A stretch of 47,166 nt of DNA from Mustelus asterias (GCF_964213995.1 NW_027590452.1:1-47166), one strand, 5' to 3'; shown: positions 22,790 through 35,212, numbered from the stretch's first letter. Notes: generated by a model from the letters alone, not told the origin. Made by a program: numbers and translations.

Positions 22790-23885
22790 ATAGAGTGGTA
22801 CAGTGAAGAAAAGGCCCTTCGACCCATTGAGTCTGCAGCAACAAGTAACTACCACTGAAGTTGTGCTAATCCAATTTTCCATCTCTTGTACCATATCTTT
22901 GAATGTTGTGATGTTTCAAGTGCTCATCCAAATGCTTTTGAAAGGTTGTAAGGTTTCCGACCTCCACTGCCTTCCCAGGCAGTACATTCCTGATTCCCAT
23001 CACCCGCTGAGTGAATGTTTTTCTCAACTCTCCTCTGAATCTCCTGCCCTTTGCCCTAAAACTATGTCCCCTCATGATTGACCTCTCAACCAAGGGGAAC
23101 AGCTGTTTCCTATTCACCCTGTCCATACCCCTCATAATCTTATACACCTCAATCAGCCTTCTCTGCTCTAAAGAAAACAATCCAAACCTATCCAGTCTCT
23201 CCTTATAGCTCAAATACTCCATTCCAGGCAACTTGCTGCTGAGCCTCCTCTGTACCCCCTCTAGTGCTATCATATCCTTCCTCTGGTGTGGTGACCAGAT
23301 CTGCACACGGTACTCCAGCTGTGGCCTAACCAACGCTCTGTACAACTCCAACATTAACTCTTTGCTCTTCTACTCTGCGCCATGACTGATAAAAGCAAGT
23401 GTCTCATCTGCCTTCTTTACCACTTGATTCACCTGCTCTGCTGCCTTCAGGGATCTGTGAATAATTGCCCAAGATCCATATGTTCCTCTGAGCTTCCCAG
23501 TGTCCTGCAACTCATTAAATACTCCCTTGCCTTGTTACTGCTTCCAAAGTGCATCACCTCGCACCTATCAGGGTCAAATACCATCTGCCACTGCTCTGCC
23601 TATCTGACCAACCCAGCGATATCTTCCTGTAACCTACAACCTTCTTCACTATGAACCATCCTACCAATCTTGGTGTCATCTGGAACCTTGCTTATCATTG
23701 CCCCCACATTATCATCTGTCTCATTTATGTATAACAACAATAAGCCCCCCAGCACGGAGCCTTGTGGTGCACCACTGGACACCGGCCTCCAGCCACTCAA
23801 ACAGCCTTCCAACACCACCCTTTGTGTCCAACTACTAAACCTGTTTCCGATCCACCTCGCCAAGTTTTCCTGAATTCCATGTGCT
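22790..23885 (-). mobile_element. CR1 RT fragment (degenerate)
   Basis: SGAPQGSVLG, LYRALVRPQLEY, SLEQRRLIEVYK. Confidence 0.9.
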
Positions 23886-23999
23886 TCCAGGATGGTAAAT
23901 CTTTGGAATTCCCTGTCCCAGGGGGCTGTGGAGGCTCAGTCATCGTTCACAGACTGAGATGGATAGGTTTCTACTGATTAAACATATTGCAAAGTTTCA

Positions 24000-24722
24000 C
24001 CATCTGTGACCCCTTGTTCCAGCCTCTCCCCCCCCCCCCCCCCCTCTCCCCACCCCCTCAGCCCCTCAGCTGGAGGAAACAACATCCCTGTATTCAGTCA
24101 CTCCAGCCCAGTCAGAATTTACACATTTCAATTCGACCCCCTCTCATTCTTCGGAACTCCAGTGAATACAGGCCCAGTCGACTCAATCTCTCCTCATACG
24201 ACAATCCTGCCATCCCAGGAATCAGTCTGGTGTGCCTCCGCTGCTCTCCCTCTATGGTAAGTGCAGCATTTCATAGTTACAGAGACAAAAACTGTACACA
24301 ATATTCCAGGTGTGGTCTCACCGAGGGCCTGTACAGCTGCAGTAAGACATCCTTGCCCCTTTCCTCAAGTTCTCTTGCAATGAAGGCCAACATATCATTT
24401 GCCTTCCTAACTGTTTGCTGTAGCTGCATGCTTGCTTTCAGTCTCTGGTGTACTGGGACACCCGGTCCCTTTGTATATCAACATTTCCCAATCTATCACC
24501 ATTTAAATCATCCTCTGCCATTCTGCTTCTCTGTCCGAAGTAGTTAAATTCTCGTTTGTCCACGTTATACAGCATCTGCCGTGCATTTACCCATTCACTC
24601 AATTTTCTGAAGTCACTGTGAAACATTTTAACATCCTTCTCACTACTCACATTCCCAACAAGTTTCATGGCATCAGCAAACTTGGAAATATTATTTTTGG
24701 TTCCCTCATCCAAATCATTGGT
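24000..24722 (-). mobile_element. CR1 RT fragment (degenerate)
   Basis: YTNDLDEGTKNNISKFADAMKL; same subfamily as 3057-4180. Confidence 0.88.
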
Positions 24723-24831
24723 GTACATCTCGTGTGTGTCTCAATGTCAGCTCGGAAACATGTACAGCACAATCCCATCCTGTTTCTGTCTCTCTATGGC
24801 TCTGTATCTGTATATATCTCTCTCTGAAATT

Positions 24832-25430
24832 AGAATAAAGAAAATTACAGCACAAGAACAGGCCCTTTGGCCCTCCAAGCATGCACCAACCATGTGTGAA
24901 CTAAAACCCCCTCCCCTTCCGGGGACCATATCCCTCTATTCCCATCCTATTCTTGTATTTCTCCAGACGCCCCTTAAAACTCACTATCGTATCTGCTTCC
25001 ACTCCCTCTCCCAGCAGCGAGTTCCAGGCACCCACCACCCTCTGTGTAAAAAACTTGCCTCGTACGTCTCCTTTAAACCTTGCCCCTCACACCTTAAACC
25101 TGTGCCCCCGAGTAATTGACTCTTCAACCCTGGGAAAAAGCTCCTGACTATCCACTCTGTCCATGCCTCTCATAATCTTGTAGACTTCTATCAGGTCACC
25201 CCCCTTGCCTCCGTCATTCCAGTGAGAACAAACCAAGTTTCTCCAAACTCTCCTCATAGCTAATGCCCTCCATACTAGGCAACATCCTGGTAAATCTTTT
25301 CTGTACCGTCTCCAAAGCCTGCACATCCTTCTAGTAGTGTGGCAACCAGAATTGAACACTATATTCCAAGTGCGGCCTAACAATGGTTCTATAAAGCTGC
25401 AACATGGCTTGCCAATTTTTAAACTCAATG
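24832..25430 (-). mobile_element. CR1 3' fragment
   Basis: GDLIEVYKIMRGMDRVDSQELFPRVEESITRGHRFKV. Confidence 0.92.
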
Positions 25431-26226
25431 CGTGTGGCGTCAAAAGTTTGCTTATTTCCTAAATAACACTGACAACATTTCAAAAGCGCTCCATTGTCGG
25501 TGAAACACTTTTGGAAACCCTAAAGCCATGAATAGTACTTTAGAAATGTCCATCCCCCAAGTTGGTGTGAGGACATTCACAGTCAGTGTGTGACTTGGGT
25601 CAAAGATAGACCAGCGAGGTCTCTCCCTTAATGACATTGAGTGACTCTTTAGCTTTTTATGATGAGCAGAAGCCTTTCCTCTCTCTTGTGTCTCATTCAT
25701 TCCAATTCTGTCCCTGACATGAATCAGTTGTGACTTTCTGTAGGAGCTGGAATGTTCTCTCTGGCGACAGAGAATCAATTGAGAGGAGGATCAGGTGTGA
25801 CCTTTCTCTCCTGGAATCCATCTTTCCTGTTTGTGTCTTGTAGATTGTGTGTGGAGAGAGCAGAGGGAAAAGGCTGAGTGGATTTGTAATGAACAGGGGT
25901 TTGCTTTCATTCACAAACTGGAGCTGAAGCCAACATGTGCAGATGTGAAGAATGGAGATCAGAAAAGGACCATGGGTAGAATTGGAGACTATTCTGCCCA
26001 TCCAGATGTGCTGTCTTTTTGGAAGAGAAATCTAGTTGATCTCTATTTACAGAGGGAGAAGGGATTCCTCCTCCATTATATATCTGTTTAGTTTTAGGCT
26101 GTCTGAGTGTGAGTGTTAGTGTGTGTGCATATTTTTCTCAATCTGCCTGTCTCTCAGTCCCCCTGGTCCCAGAATCTGTTTCTCTCTCCACAGATGCTGC
26201 CTGACCTGTTTGGTATGTTCTTATTT

Positions 26227-26410
26227 TCTGTTTCAGTATCTGAGGAGTTGCGTATGGTGCTGAACATTGTGCAATCATCAGCGAACATCCCCACTTCAGA
26301 CCTTGTGATGGAGGGAAGGTCAGTGATGGAGCAGCTGAAGATGGTTGGGGCCTCGGACACTCACCCTGAGGAACTCCTGCAGGGACGTCCCGGGACTGAG
26401 AGGATCGGCT
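26227..26410 (-). mobile_element. CR1-clade RT fragment of a second family
   Basis: PTIFSCSITDLPSITRSEVGMFADDCTMFSTI. Confidence 0.85.
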
Positions 26411-26487
26411 TTGAGATAATCGGCACATTGGGGGAAAGGTTGAAAACCAGAGGATGCTGAATTCAGGTAAATGGCGACAGCGGCAAC

Positions 26488-26838
26488 ATGAGGAAATGTT
26501 TCTAACGTAGTGAGTGTCCAGTATCTGGAATGTACTGTCTGAGCGTGAGGTGGAAGCAGATTCTATCAAGGACTTCCAGGAGAAGTTGAATGGGAAGCTG
26601 AAGGGGAAATATTTACAGGGTGACGGGGAAAGGGTGGAGGAGTGGGAATAGTGACATTGCTCTTGCAGAGTGTCGCACTGGCTTGATGGGGCTGAATGGC
26701 CTCCTGTGCTGTCACCGTTCTATGATTCAGATGCAAGTTATCTTCTCAGTGTCTATTAGACCCCACTCTTTCCTCCATGATCAGTTACAGCATTTTAAGT
26801 TCAGATCCCAGAACGTTTTATTTGGGGATTTGAGGAGT
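26488..26838 (+). repeat. Diverged paralog of 17000-17580 lacking the Penelope insertion
   Basis: Colinear CR1 tail plus CTTCTCAGTGTCTATTAG...AAGTTCAGATCCCAG. Confidence 0.85.
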
Positions 26839-27449
26839 GATTTGTTTTCCAGCCTGGCCGAGAATTTGATGCTGTAACTGAAGCCACAATTGAATGATTC
26901 TGAGGTCAGATTATGATCCACTGAGACACAGCTGGCTCCAAGCTTCCCTGAAAAATGTCGCTGTTGTGTTCCCGGCCAGATGATTTCTCCGTCTTGTGTC
27001 GGCCGGCTGTGCCACAAGGATCTGGACTTTGTTCCCAGATGTTCACAATGTTTATCAATGATTTGGATGTGGGGACCTAATGTCATATTTCCAAGTTTGC
27101 GGTTGACACAAAGCTCGGTGGGAATGTGAGTTGTGAGGAAAATGCAAAGTGGCTTCAAGAGGATTTGGACAGACATTGTCTCTCAGTGCCTCTCTCAATC
27201 TGGCTCTCTCTTTCTCTCACTCTCCTTGACCCTGTCATCTGTTGGTCTCTGCATCTCTCGCTCTCTCTCTCTCTGGGAATCTGTAAAAACATATCCACTA
27301 ACATGCACACAGACAGAAACATACACACACAAACACACACACATACGCGACTGTGAGAATTGTCACAGATCAATCCCAATATCAGTGAGTAATCTCCAAT
27401 GCAATAGTTTGTGACCAGGTTGTGCAACATGCATTGAAATGTGGCAATA

Positions 27450-27640
27450 TGGAAGTTGGTTCACTCAGTTGGCTGGACAGCTGGTCTGAGATGCACAAAG
27501 TCTCCAACACGTCATGAAAGCCCAACCCTTTCAACCTTTCCCCTGGCCTGAGGTGTGGTAAATCACCGCCAGTGAGTTCTCCCCCTCAAAGGGGAGAGCA
27601 GCAGATCGTCATCTGGGACTGTGGTCACTTTCCCTTTACC
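27450..27640 (+). mobile_element. tRNA-derived SINE of another family, internally deleted
   Basis: Head TCACTCAGTTGGCTGGACAGCTGG and tail hairpin TCTCCCCCTCAAAGGGGAGA; resembles a recalled shark SINE. Confidence 0.6.
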
Positions 27641-28286
27641 GACGTTCAACTTTATTTCCCTTCCTCAATTTCTGCTCATCTCCAAGAGACTCGAGCGAAA
27701 TTCACCCAATCTTTCAACACCAATATTACACACACAATACTGGAGCAATTGGACATTTCACACAACACCCAATAGCTGGTAACAAGACCAAACAAAAACT
27801 GTTCCAAACAAGAGTGGTGGCACCAGCTGACCCACACAAATATATAACTTGAAAGGAATATTCGTCTATCCATCCAGCTGACTCTCTTTCTCTGTCTATC
27901 TAACAGAGAGATTTTTCAGTGCAGTAACAACTGAAACAGGGTAGAATGTAGGAATAAGAAAGACAGGAACTTGTGTCAAATAAAACTGAGACACAGGTGA
28001 GTTGAGTAATGAATGAAACAAGGCCGAACACAGCAGTATCTCCGATGATGCTGAATGTAAGAGAAACAGATCAAATCTATTCCTGGGGAAGTGCAGCAAC
28101 AGCTTAGAAATTGTCGGGTGTGGTGTAGATAGAGGCATGGCTGCGTGCGTCAATAACTGTGACTTCACTGAGTGCATTGGAAACAGTGACATAGTTGAGT
28201 GAAGCAATAACTAAGTAAAGACCAATTGTAGTATATACAGAGGGATGGCCCCATGCATTAAGAAGAGAAACTGTATCTAGTTTATA

Positions 28287-28578
28287 GGGGTGGTGCAGTG
28301 GTTAGCACTGCAGCCTCTCAGCGCCAGGGACCCGGGTTCGATTCCCGACTTGCGTCACTGTCTGTGTGGAGTCTGCATGTTCTCCCCGTGTCTGGGTTTC
28401 CTCCGAGTGCTCCGGTTTCCTCCCACAGTCTGAAAGACACGCTGTTCGGTGGATTGGCCATGCTAAATACTACCTCAGTGAAGCCGAACAGCGCCGGAGT
28501 GTGGCAACTAGGGGATTTTCACAGCAACTTCATTGCAGTGTTAATGTAAGCCTACTTGTGACACTAATAAATAACATT
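28287..28578 (+). mobile_element. V-SINE with alternative tail
   Basis: B box GGTTCGATTCC, V-domain, tail GTGTTAATGTAAGCCTACTTGTGACACTAATAAATAA. Confidence 0.88.
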
Positions 28579-28729
28579 GAAACTGTATAAAGTGTTATAT
28601 ACACAGATACAGTGCTGAGGTAAAGAGAAATGGAGACATGTTCCACATTCATTACCCAGACATGGTCTAGTTTATTTTTTATAAAGAGTGACATGGTTAA
28701 ATGCAGTGATAATTGAAGCAGGTTCCCTC

Positions 28730-28875
28730 CCTAACAGCACTGTGGGTGTACCTACACCACATAGACAGCAGCGGGTTCAAGACGGCAGCTCACCACCACC
28801 TTCTCCAGGGCAACTAGGAATGGGCAATAAATGCTGACCTAGCCAGTGACACCCACATCACAAGAATCAATAAAT
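28730..28875 (+). mobile_element. CR1-clade LINE 3' end (second family)
   Basis: CCCTAACAGCACTGTGGGTGTACCTAC...GCTCACCACCACCTTCTC...AATAAATGCTG. Confidence 0.65.
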
Positions 28876-29065
28876 ATTCATCTAACCCAGCACATTGTCC
28901 AATGAAATATCAATCCATACATGGTATTAATACAGTGAGAACTCAAAAAGGGTTGATTGTAGTGTCCACAGCAACATGGTGTAATGTAGTATTCACTGAG
29001 ACAACTGAGCGTATAAACAGCGACTGGGTTGAGTGCAGTGATAACTGGGAAAGGAGCGACTGTCC

Positions 29066-29256
29066 GGGATTCTCCGGCTGTTCACTCGTGGGGAATTCTC
29101 TGCTCTCGTTCCCCTGCCTCTGGTTTCCTGCTAGCGTGAGGTGACTTCAATGGGAAATCCCATTGACAGCGACAGGACCAAAAACTCCCTCTGCTAGTGA
29201 ACGGTGTGTCACCTCTCACTGCCCAGAAAGCTGCTGAGGGGAGACTGGAGGATCCC
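29066..29256. mobile_element. MITE-like palindromic element
   Basis: Imperfect TIRs GGGATTCTCCGG / CTGGAGGATCCC and central palindrome TCAATGGGAAATCCCATTGA. Confidence 0.55.
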
Positions 29257-29351
29257 AGAAACTATGTTAAAAATAGCCATATTGGCAACAGCAGGAAAAT
29301 ATTACATCCCAAACTCAGTAATATTCACAATGATATTCTCCAATCAGCTGA

Positions 29352-30981
29352 AGGGCAGAGATTACTGATACAAGACCCAGATTGTAATAACAGAGGGAGG
29401 TTTAGGGCAGAGATTACTGACACCAGGCCCAGACTGTAATAACTGAGAGAGGTTTAGGGCAGAGTTTGCTGAATCAAGGCCCAGATTGTAATAACTGAGA
29501 GAGGTATCGGGCAGAGATTACTGATACCAGGCCCAGATTGTAATAACTGAGAGTGGTTTAGGGCAGAGATTACTGATACAAAGCCCAGATTGTAATGACT
29601 GAGAGAGGTTTAGGGCAGAGATTACTGATACCAGGCCCAGATTGTAATAACAGAGAGGTTTAGGGCAAAGTTTGCTGAATCAAGGCCCAGATTGTAATAA
29701 CTGAGAGAGTTGGAGGGCAGAGATTACTGACACAGTGCCCATATTGTAATAACTGAGAGAGGTTTATGGCAGAGATTACTGATACAAGTCCCAGATTGTA
29801 ATAACTGAGAGAGGTTTAAGGCAGAGATTACTGATACAACGCCCAGATTGTAATAACTGAGAGAGGTTTCGGTCAGAGATTACTGATACCAGGCCCAGAT
29901 TGTAATAACTGAGAGAGGTTTCGGGCAGAGTTTACTGATATAAGTCCCAGGTTGTAATAACTGAGAGATGTTTAGGGCAGAGTTTACTGATACAAGGCCC
30001 AGATTGTAATAACTGAGAGAGGTTTAGGGCAGAGTTTACTGAATCAAGGCCCAGATTGTAATAACCAAGAGAGGTTTCGGGCAGAGTTTACTGATACAAA
30101 GCCCAGATTGTAATAACTGAGCAAGGTTTCGGGCAGAGTTTACCGATTGAAAACCCAGATTGTAATAACTGAGAGAGGTTTAGAGCAGAGATTACTGATA
30201 CAAGGCCCAGATTGTAATGACTGAGAGAGGTTTCGGGCAGAGATTACTGATACAAGGCCCAGATTGTAATAACTGAGAGAGGTTTCGGGCTAAGTTTACT
30301 GATACAAAACCCAGATTGTAATAACTGAGAGAGGTTTAGGGCAGAGATTACTGATACAAAGCCCAGATTGTAAGAACTGAGAGAGGTTTAGGGCAGAGAT
30401 TACTGATACAAAGCCCAGATTGTAAGAACTGAGAGAGGTTTCAGGCAGAGTTTACTGATACAAGGCCCAGATTGTAATAACTGAGAGAGGTTTCGGGCAG
30501 AGTTTACTGATACAAGGCCCAGATTGTAATAACTGAGAGAGGTTTCGGGCAGAGATGACTGATACAAGGCCCAGATTGTAATAACTGAGAGAGGTTTCGG
30601 GCAGAGTTTACTGATACCAGGCCCAGATTGTAATAACTGAGAGAGGTTTCAGGCAGAGATTACTGATACAAGGCCCAGATTGTAATAACTGAGTGAGGTT
30701 TCGGACAGAGTTTACTGATACAAGGCCCAGATTGTAATAACTGAGAGAGGTTTCGGGCAGAGTTTACTGATACAAGGCCCAGATTGTAATAACTGAGAGA
30801 GGTTTCGGGCAGAGTTTACTGATACAAGGCCCAGATTGTAATAACTGAGAGAGGTTTCGGGCAGAGTTTACGGATACAAGGCCCAGATTGTAATAACTGA
30901 GAGAGGTTTAGGGCAGAGATTACTGATACAAGGCCCAGATTGTAATAACTGAGAGAGGTTTCGGGCAGAGTTTACGGATAC
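29352..30981. repeat. 52-bp minisatellite, about 31 copies
   Basis: Unit GGGCAGAG(A/T)TTACTGATACAAGGCCCAGATTGTAATAACTGAGAGAGGTTT(A/C); period measured as 30661 to 30713. Confidence 0.98.
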
Positions 30982-30989
30982 ATGATCCC

Positions 30990-31082
30990 GGCAGGATTTA
31001 CTGTTTGATAATCCAGCTGTTTGGCCCCGTTATGAGCACACCTTCCATGGCCATCAAGTCCGGAAGTCGGCCTTGAACCCTT
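30990..31082 (-). mobile_element. SINE fragment
   Basis: Minus strand reads GGGTTCAAGGCC...ACTTGATGGCCATGGAAGGTGTG (B-box-like start). Confidence 0.5.
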
Positions 31083-31337
31083 GAAGAATGAGAGGCGATC
31101 CCATTGAAACAGACTTAAAATTCTTACAGGGTGTGACAGGATGGATGTAGATTGGATGTTTCCCCTGGCTGGTGAGACTAGAACCAGGGGACACAATCTC
31201 AGAATCAGGGGCAGACCATTGAAGACTGAGGTGAGGAGGAATTTCTTCACTCAGAGGGTGGTGAATCTTTGGAATTTTCTATTCCAGGGGGATGTGGAAG
31301 CCCAATCATTCAGCATGTTCAAGACGCAAATCGATTG
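31083..31337 (+). mobile_element. CR1 3' fragment
   Basis: MFPLAGETRTRGHNLRIRGRPLKTEVRRNFFTQRVVNLWN. Confidence 0.9.
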
Positions 31338-31341
31338 TGTG

Positions 31342-31474
31342 NNNNNNNNNNNNNNNNNNNNNNNNNNNNNNNNNNNNNNNNNNNNNNNNNNNNNNNNNNN
31401 NNNNNNNNNNNNNNNNNNNNNNNNNNNNNNNNNNNNNNNNNNNNNNNNNNNNNNNNNNNNNNNNNNNNNNNNNN
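31342..31474. other. Assembly gap (133 N)
   Basis: N run. Confidence 1.
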
Positions 31475-31537
31475 GTGTGTTTATTACTGTGTGCGTCTGA
31501 GTGTTACTGGGTGAGAATATCTGTTTCTCTGTGTTTT

Positions 31538-31852
31538 CATGGAATCCTAGACTCCTACAGTGCAGAAGGAGGCCATTTGGCCCATTGAGTCTGCACCGAC
31601 CACAATCCCACCCAGGCCCTATCCCCATTACCCCATGCATTTACCCAAGCTAGTCTCCCTGACGCGGAGGGACAATTTAGCACGGCCAATGCACCCGAAC
31701 CAGAACGTCTTTCAGACTGTAGGAGGAAACCGGGGCACCCGGAGGAAACCCACGCAGACACGGGGAGAACGTGCAAACTCCGCACAGACAGTGACCCAAG
31801 CCGGGAACCGAACCCGACTCCCTGGCACTGTGAGGCAGCAGTGCTAACTGTG
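31538..31852 (-). mobile_element. HE1-type V-SINE
   Basis: Head, V-domain and tail. Confidence 0.9.
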
Positions 31853-32305
31853 TGTTTGATGTGTGTGTGTGTGTTTCTGTGTGTGTGTGTGTTTCTGTGT
31901 GTTTGTGTGTGTGCTTTTTGTGCGTGTTTTATGTGTGTTTGTGTGTGCGTGCTTTGTGTGTGTGCATGTTTTGTGTGTGTTGGAGTGTGCGTGTTTTGTG
32001 TGTGTTGGAGTGTGCGTGCTTTGTGTGTGTTGGTGTGTGCGTGCTTTGTGTGTGTGTGTGTTGGTGTGTGCGTGTTTTGTGTGTGCGTGTTTTGTGTGTG
32101 TTGGTGTGTGCGTGTTTTGTGTGTGTGCGTGTTTTGTGTGTGCGTGTTTTGTGTGTGTTGGTGTGTGCGTGTTTTGTGTGTGTGCGTGTTTTGTGTGTGT
32201 TGGTGTGCGCGTGTTTTGTGTGTGCGTGTTTGTGTGTGTTGGTGTGTGCGTGCTTTGTGTGTGTGCGTGTTTTGTGTGTGTTGGTGTGTGCGTGTTTTGT
32301 GTGCG
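31850..32305. repeat. TG-rich tandem repeat (GTGTGTTGGTGTGTGCGTGTTTT-type units)
   Basis: Direct reading. Confidence 0.95.
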
Positions 32306-33160
32306 TACGAGCACCATGATCTGTTTGAATGCTGGTGCAGGATCGATGGGCCAAATGGCCTACACCTGCTCCTATTTTCCTTTGAGATTTAAATACATTG
32401 ACACACATGCACGCTGACACACACACACAGAAAGATATACACAGTGTTGACGTATTTATTGACCACTTAATGTGACTGAATGCTACACATCCCAGTTTAC
32501 CAAAGACACACAATATTCAGCAGCATTGTAAACAGCGCAGCTGGAAACATCAAATTGGGGATTTGGTTTGAAAAAGGGTCAAAGCCTCTCTTGCTAAAGG
32601 CTGTTTGTCTATATTGTGCTGACAGTGATACACTGCCATCCTCTGCTGCCTGCTGGACATTGCTCCAGCCGCAGAGAGAGTGAAGTACATCAGAAACTCA
32701 CTGGGAGAGAATGCAGCTTCACACAGTATCCATCCAAAATGACAGGAGCATCAGCACACACACAAGCTCCGTGTGGAGACTGAGAGGGGCTCAGTGTGGA
32801 ACACAAACCTTCACACTAAACCTGGAAGGACATTGATAAAGAGTTTAAAACAAAACTTCAGCAAATGTTTTGAAACATTTTGGTCCGTGGAAAAGTGCAG
32901 TGTGTAAAAAGCTGAAGATGTTTCCATTTCACATCTTCCTGCTTTGGGGAAATGGGAGTTATCTTTGCATTTACAAGGATATGGGGAGGAAGGTGTTTGA
33001 ATGGACATTCAGCTTTTTGGGTGATTAAAGTGTCAATTTGTTTCCAGAAGCTGTTTACAGTGATTGTCCCGAGAGATTGTATTGTTTCAGTGATGTCGAC
33101 GTCTCCAATACTTCAGACAGAGGAAGGAAGCAATATACAAAAGGAAAGATTGGGGGAATC

Positions 33161-33351
33161 ACTACATTGAAGGTGTGAGGCCTCATCACTCTCTGTCTGG
33201 TTTTGTTCTGAAATCTTTACATTTTTAAACACTGAAACCTCTTGCCCTTGTTGGGAATATCAGTGCGGTTTGAGTAAAAGCAAACACTGATCCCACGCTA
33301 AACACCCCCCCAACACAGGACTGAGCAGAGAGTGTGAAATGTGACTGGTGT
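33161..33351 (+). repeat. About 190-bp duplication, paralog of 34781-34971
   Basis: ACTACATTGAAGGTGTGAGG...GTGACTGGTGT occurs twice. Confidence 0.92.
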
Positions 33352-33979
33352 CAGAGTGGATTGTCAAACTGACAGAAGGGATTTGAAAAATCTCTAAATG
33401 ATTCATTGATTAAAAACTCTAACATTAATGTCCCGCATCATAAACATCTGCTTCATTATTGTATCTTTCTTTTACAGATCAAGTGATGGGTTGAATTTTG
33501 GACGGTGTAGATTTCCCTCAGCTGATTATTAAGATTCCTGATTGACACAAATACAATATCTGCTGTCGGTGACTCCAACAGTGAAATTCTCTCAGTTTAT
33601 CATTCTGAATCTGTCACTGAGACAATTGTGGGCGGTAGTTCAGTTTTCAGTGTGAAATGTAGAAGGTAACTTTTGTTGTAATGTAATTGTAGTTAATAGT
33701 TTTCCTGTAGTTTAAATCTCAGGTATAAATTAATAACTTTTCTCGTTCCTTGTTCACAATTGTTCATTTCCCGTGATGTTGAGCTCTGGTTTTCTCTTTC
33801 TGGTGTCTGGTACAGCTGTACAGATATTGGGCAGTTCAGAGCGGGGGGGGTTCTGATCTCATTGTGAAGCTCAAAGGTCAGATTCACTTTTGTTAACTTT
33901 AAAATTAATTTTCCTGTCAAATATTCTCTGAATTTGTAAATAAATATTGAATGGAAAATAAAATCTGACTTTGCCAAAC

Positions 33980-34712
33980 TCTCTTTCTGTATTTCTCTGT
34001 TGGTGTGTTTATGTGTGTGTCTCTCTGTCTCTATCTCTCTGTGTATCTGTGCGTCTCTCTGTGTATCTGTGCGTCTCTCTGTGTCTCTATCTCTCTGTGT
34101 ATCTGTGTGTCTCTCTGTTTCTATCTCACTGTGTATCTGTGTGTCTCGCTGTCTCTATCTCTCTGTGTATCTGTGTGTCTCTCTGTCTCTCTGTGTCTCT
34201 ATCTCTCTGTGTGTCCGTGTGTCTCTCTGTTTCTATCTCTCTGTGTATCTGTGTGTCTCTCTGTGTCTCTATCTCTCTGTGTCTCTATCTGTCTGTGTGT
34301 CTCTCTGTCTCTATCTCTCTGTGTATCTGTGTGTCTCTCTGTGTCTCTATCTCTCTGTGTGTCTGTGTGTCTCTCTTTTTCTATCTCTCTGTGTATCTGT
34401 GTGTCTCTCTGTGTCTCTATCTCTCTGTGTCTCTATCTCTCTGTGTATCTGTCTCTGTATTTCTCTGTATCTGTGTCTCTCTCTGTATATTTGTATATTT
34501 CACTCTGTCTCTGTGTTTGTGTCTCTCTCTTTGTTTCTCTCTGTCTCTATTTCTCTGTATCTGTGTGTCTCTCTGTCTCTGTACTTCTCTGGATCTGTGT
34601 CTCTCTCTCTGCCTCTGTGTGTATATCTCTCTATGTATCTGTGTGTGTCTCTCTGTCTCTGCATTTCTCTGTATCTGTCTCTGTCTCTGTGTTTCTCTGT
34701 CTCTGTGTGTCT
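33980..34712. repeat. TC/TG compound microsatellite
   Basis: TCTCTATCTCTCTGTGTATCTGTGTG-type units. Confidence 0.95.
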
Positions 34713-35049
34713 CGATGCTAAGGGCCTAGTATTTCAGGCTCTGACCTGAACCCACAATCTCTCTGACTCTGAGCGAAGATTACTACATTGAAGGTGTGAG
34801 GCCTCATCACTTTCTGTCTGGTTTAGTTTTGTAATCTTTACATGTTTAAACACTGAAACCTCTTGCCCTTGTTGGGAATATCACTGCGGTTTGAGAAAAG
34901 CAGACACTGATCCCGCACTAAACACCCCCCCAACACAGGACTGAGCAGAGTGTGTGAAATGTGACTGGTGTGAATGTGGATTATCTTTTAAAAGTGGGTA
35001 AGAAACACTTCATTTTCAAATCTTTACCCTGCTTCTGTAGCGTCTCAGA

Positions 35050-35212
35050 TTCCACCTAATCTGCACATCTTTGGACTGTGGAAGGAAACCGGGGCACCCG
35101 GAGGGAACCCACGCAGACACAGGGAGAATGTGCATACTCAACTCCCAACCGAGAATTGAACCCGGGTTCCTGGTGCTGTGAGGCAGCAGTGCTAAACACT
35201 GTCCACCATGTA
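35050..35212 (-). mobile_element. Partial HE1-type SINE
   Basis: V-domain and head. Confidence 0.8.

Noticed and set aside
21208-23863. CR1-like ORFs as host genes or one full-length LINE
   Set aside because: They are separate 5'-truncated copies, each with its own 3' tail
29400-30915. TTTAGGG within the 52-mer as telomeric repeat
   Set aside because: One occurrence per unit, often TTTCGGG, never tandem
29352-30981. CRISPR-like array or coding repeat
   Set aside because: Units are contiguous with no unique spacers; 52 is not a multiple of 3 and the plus strand is stop-rich; eukaryotic context
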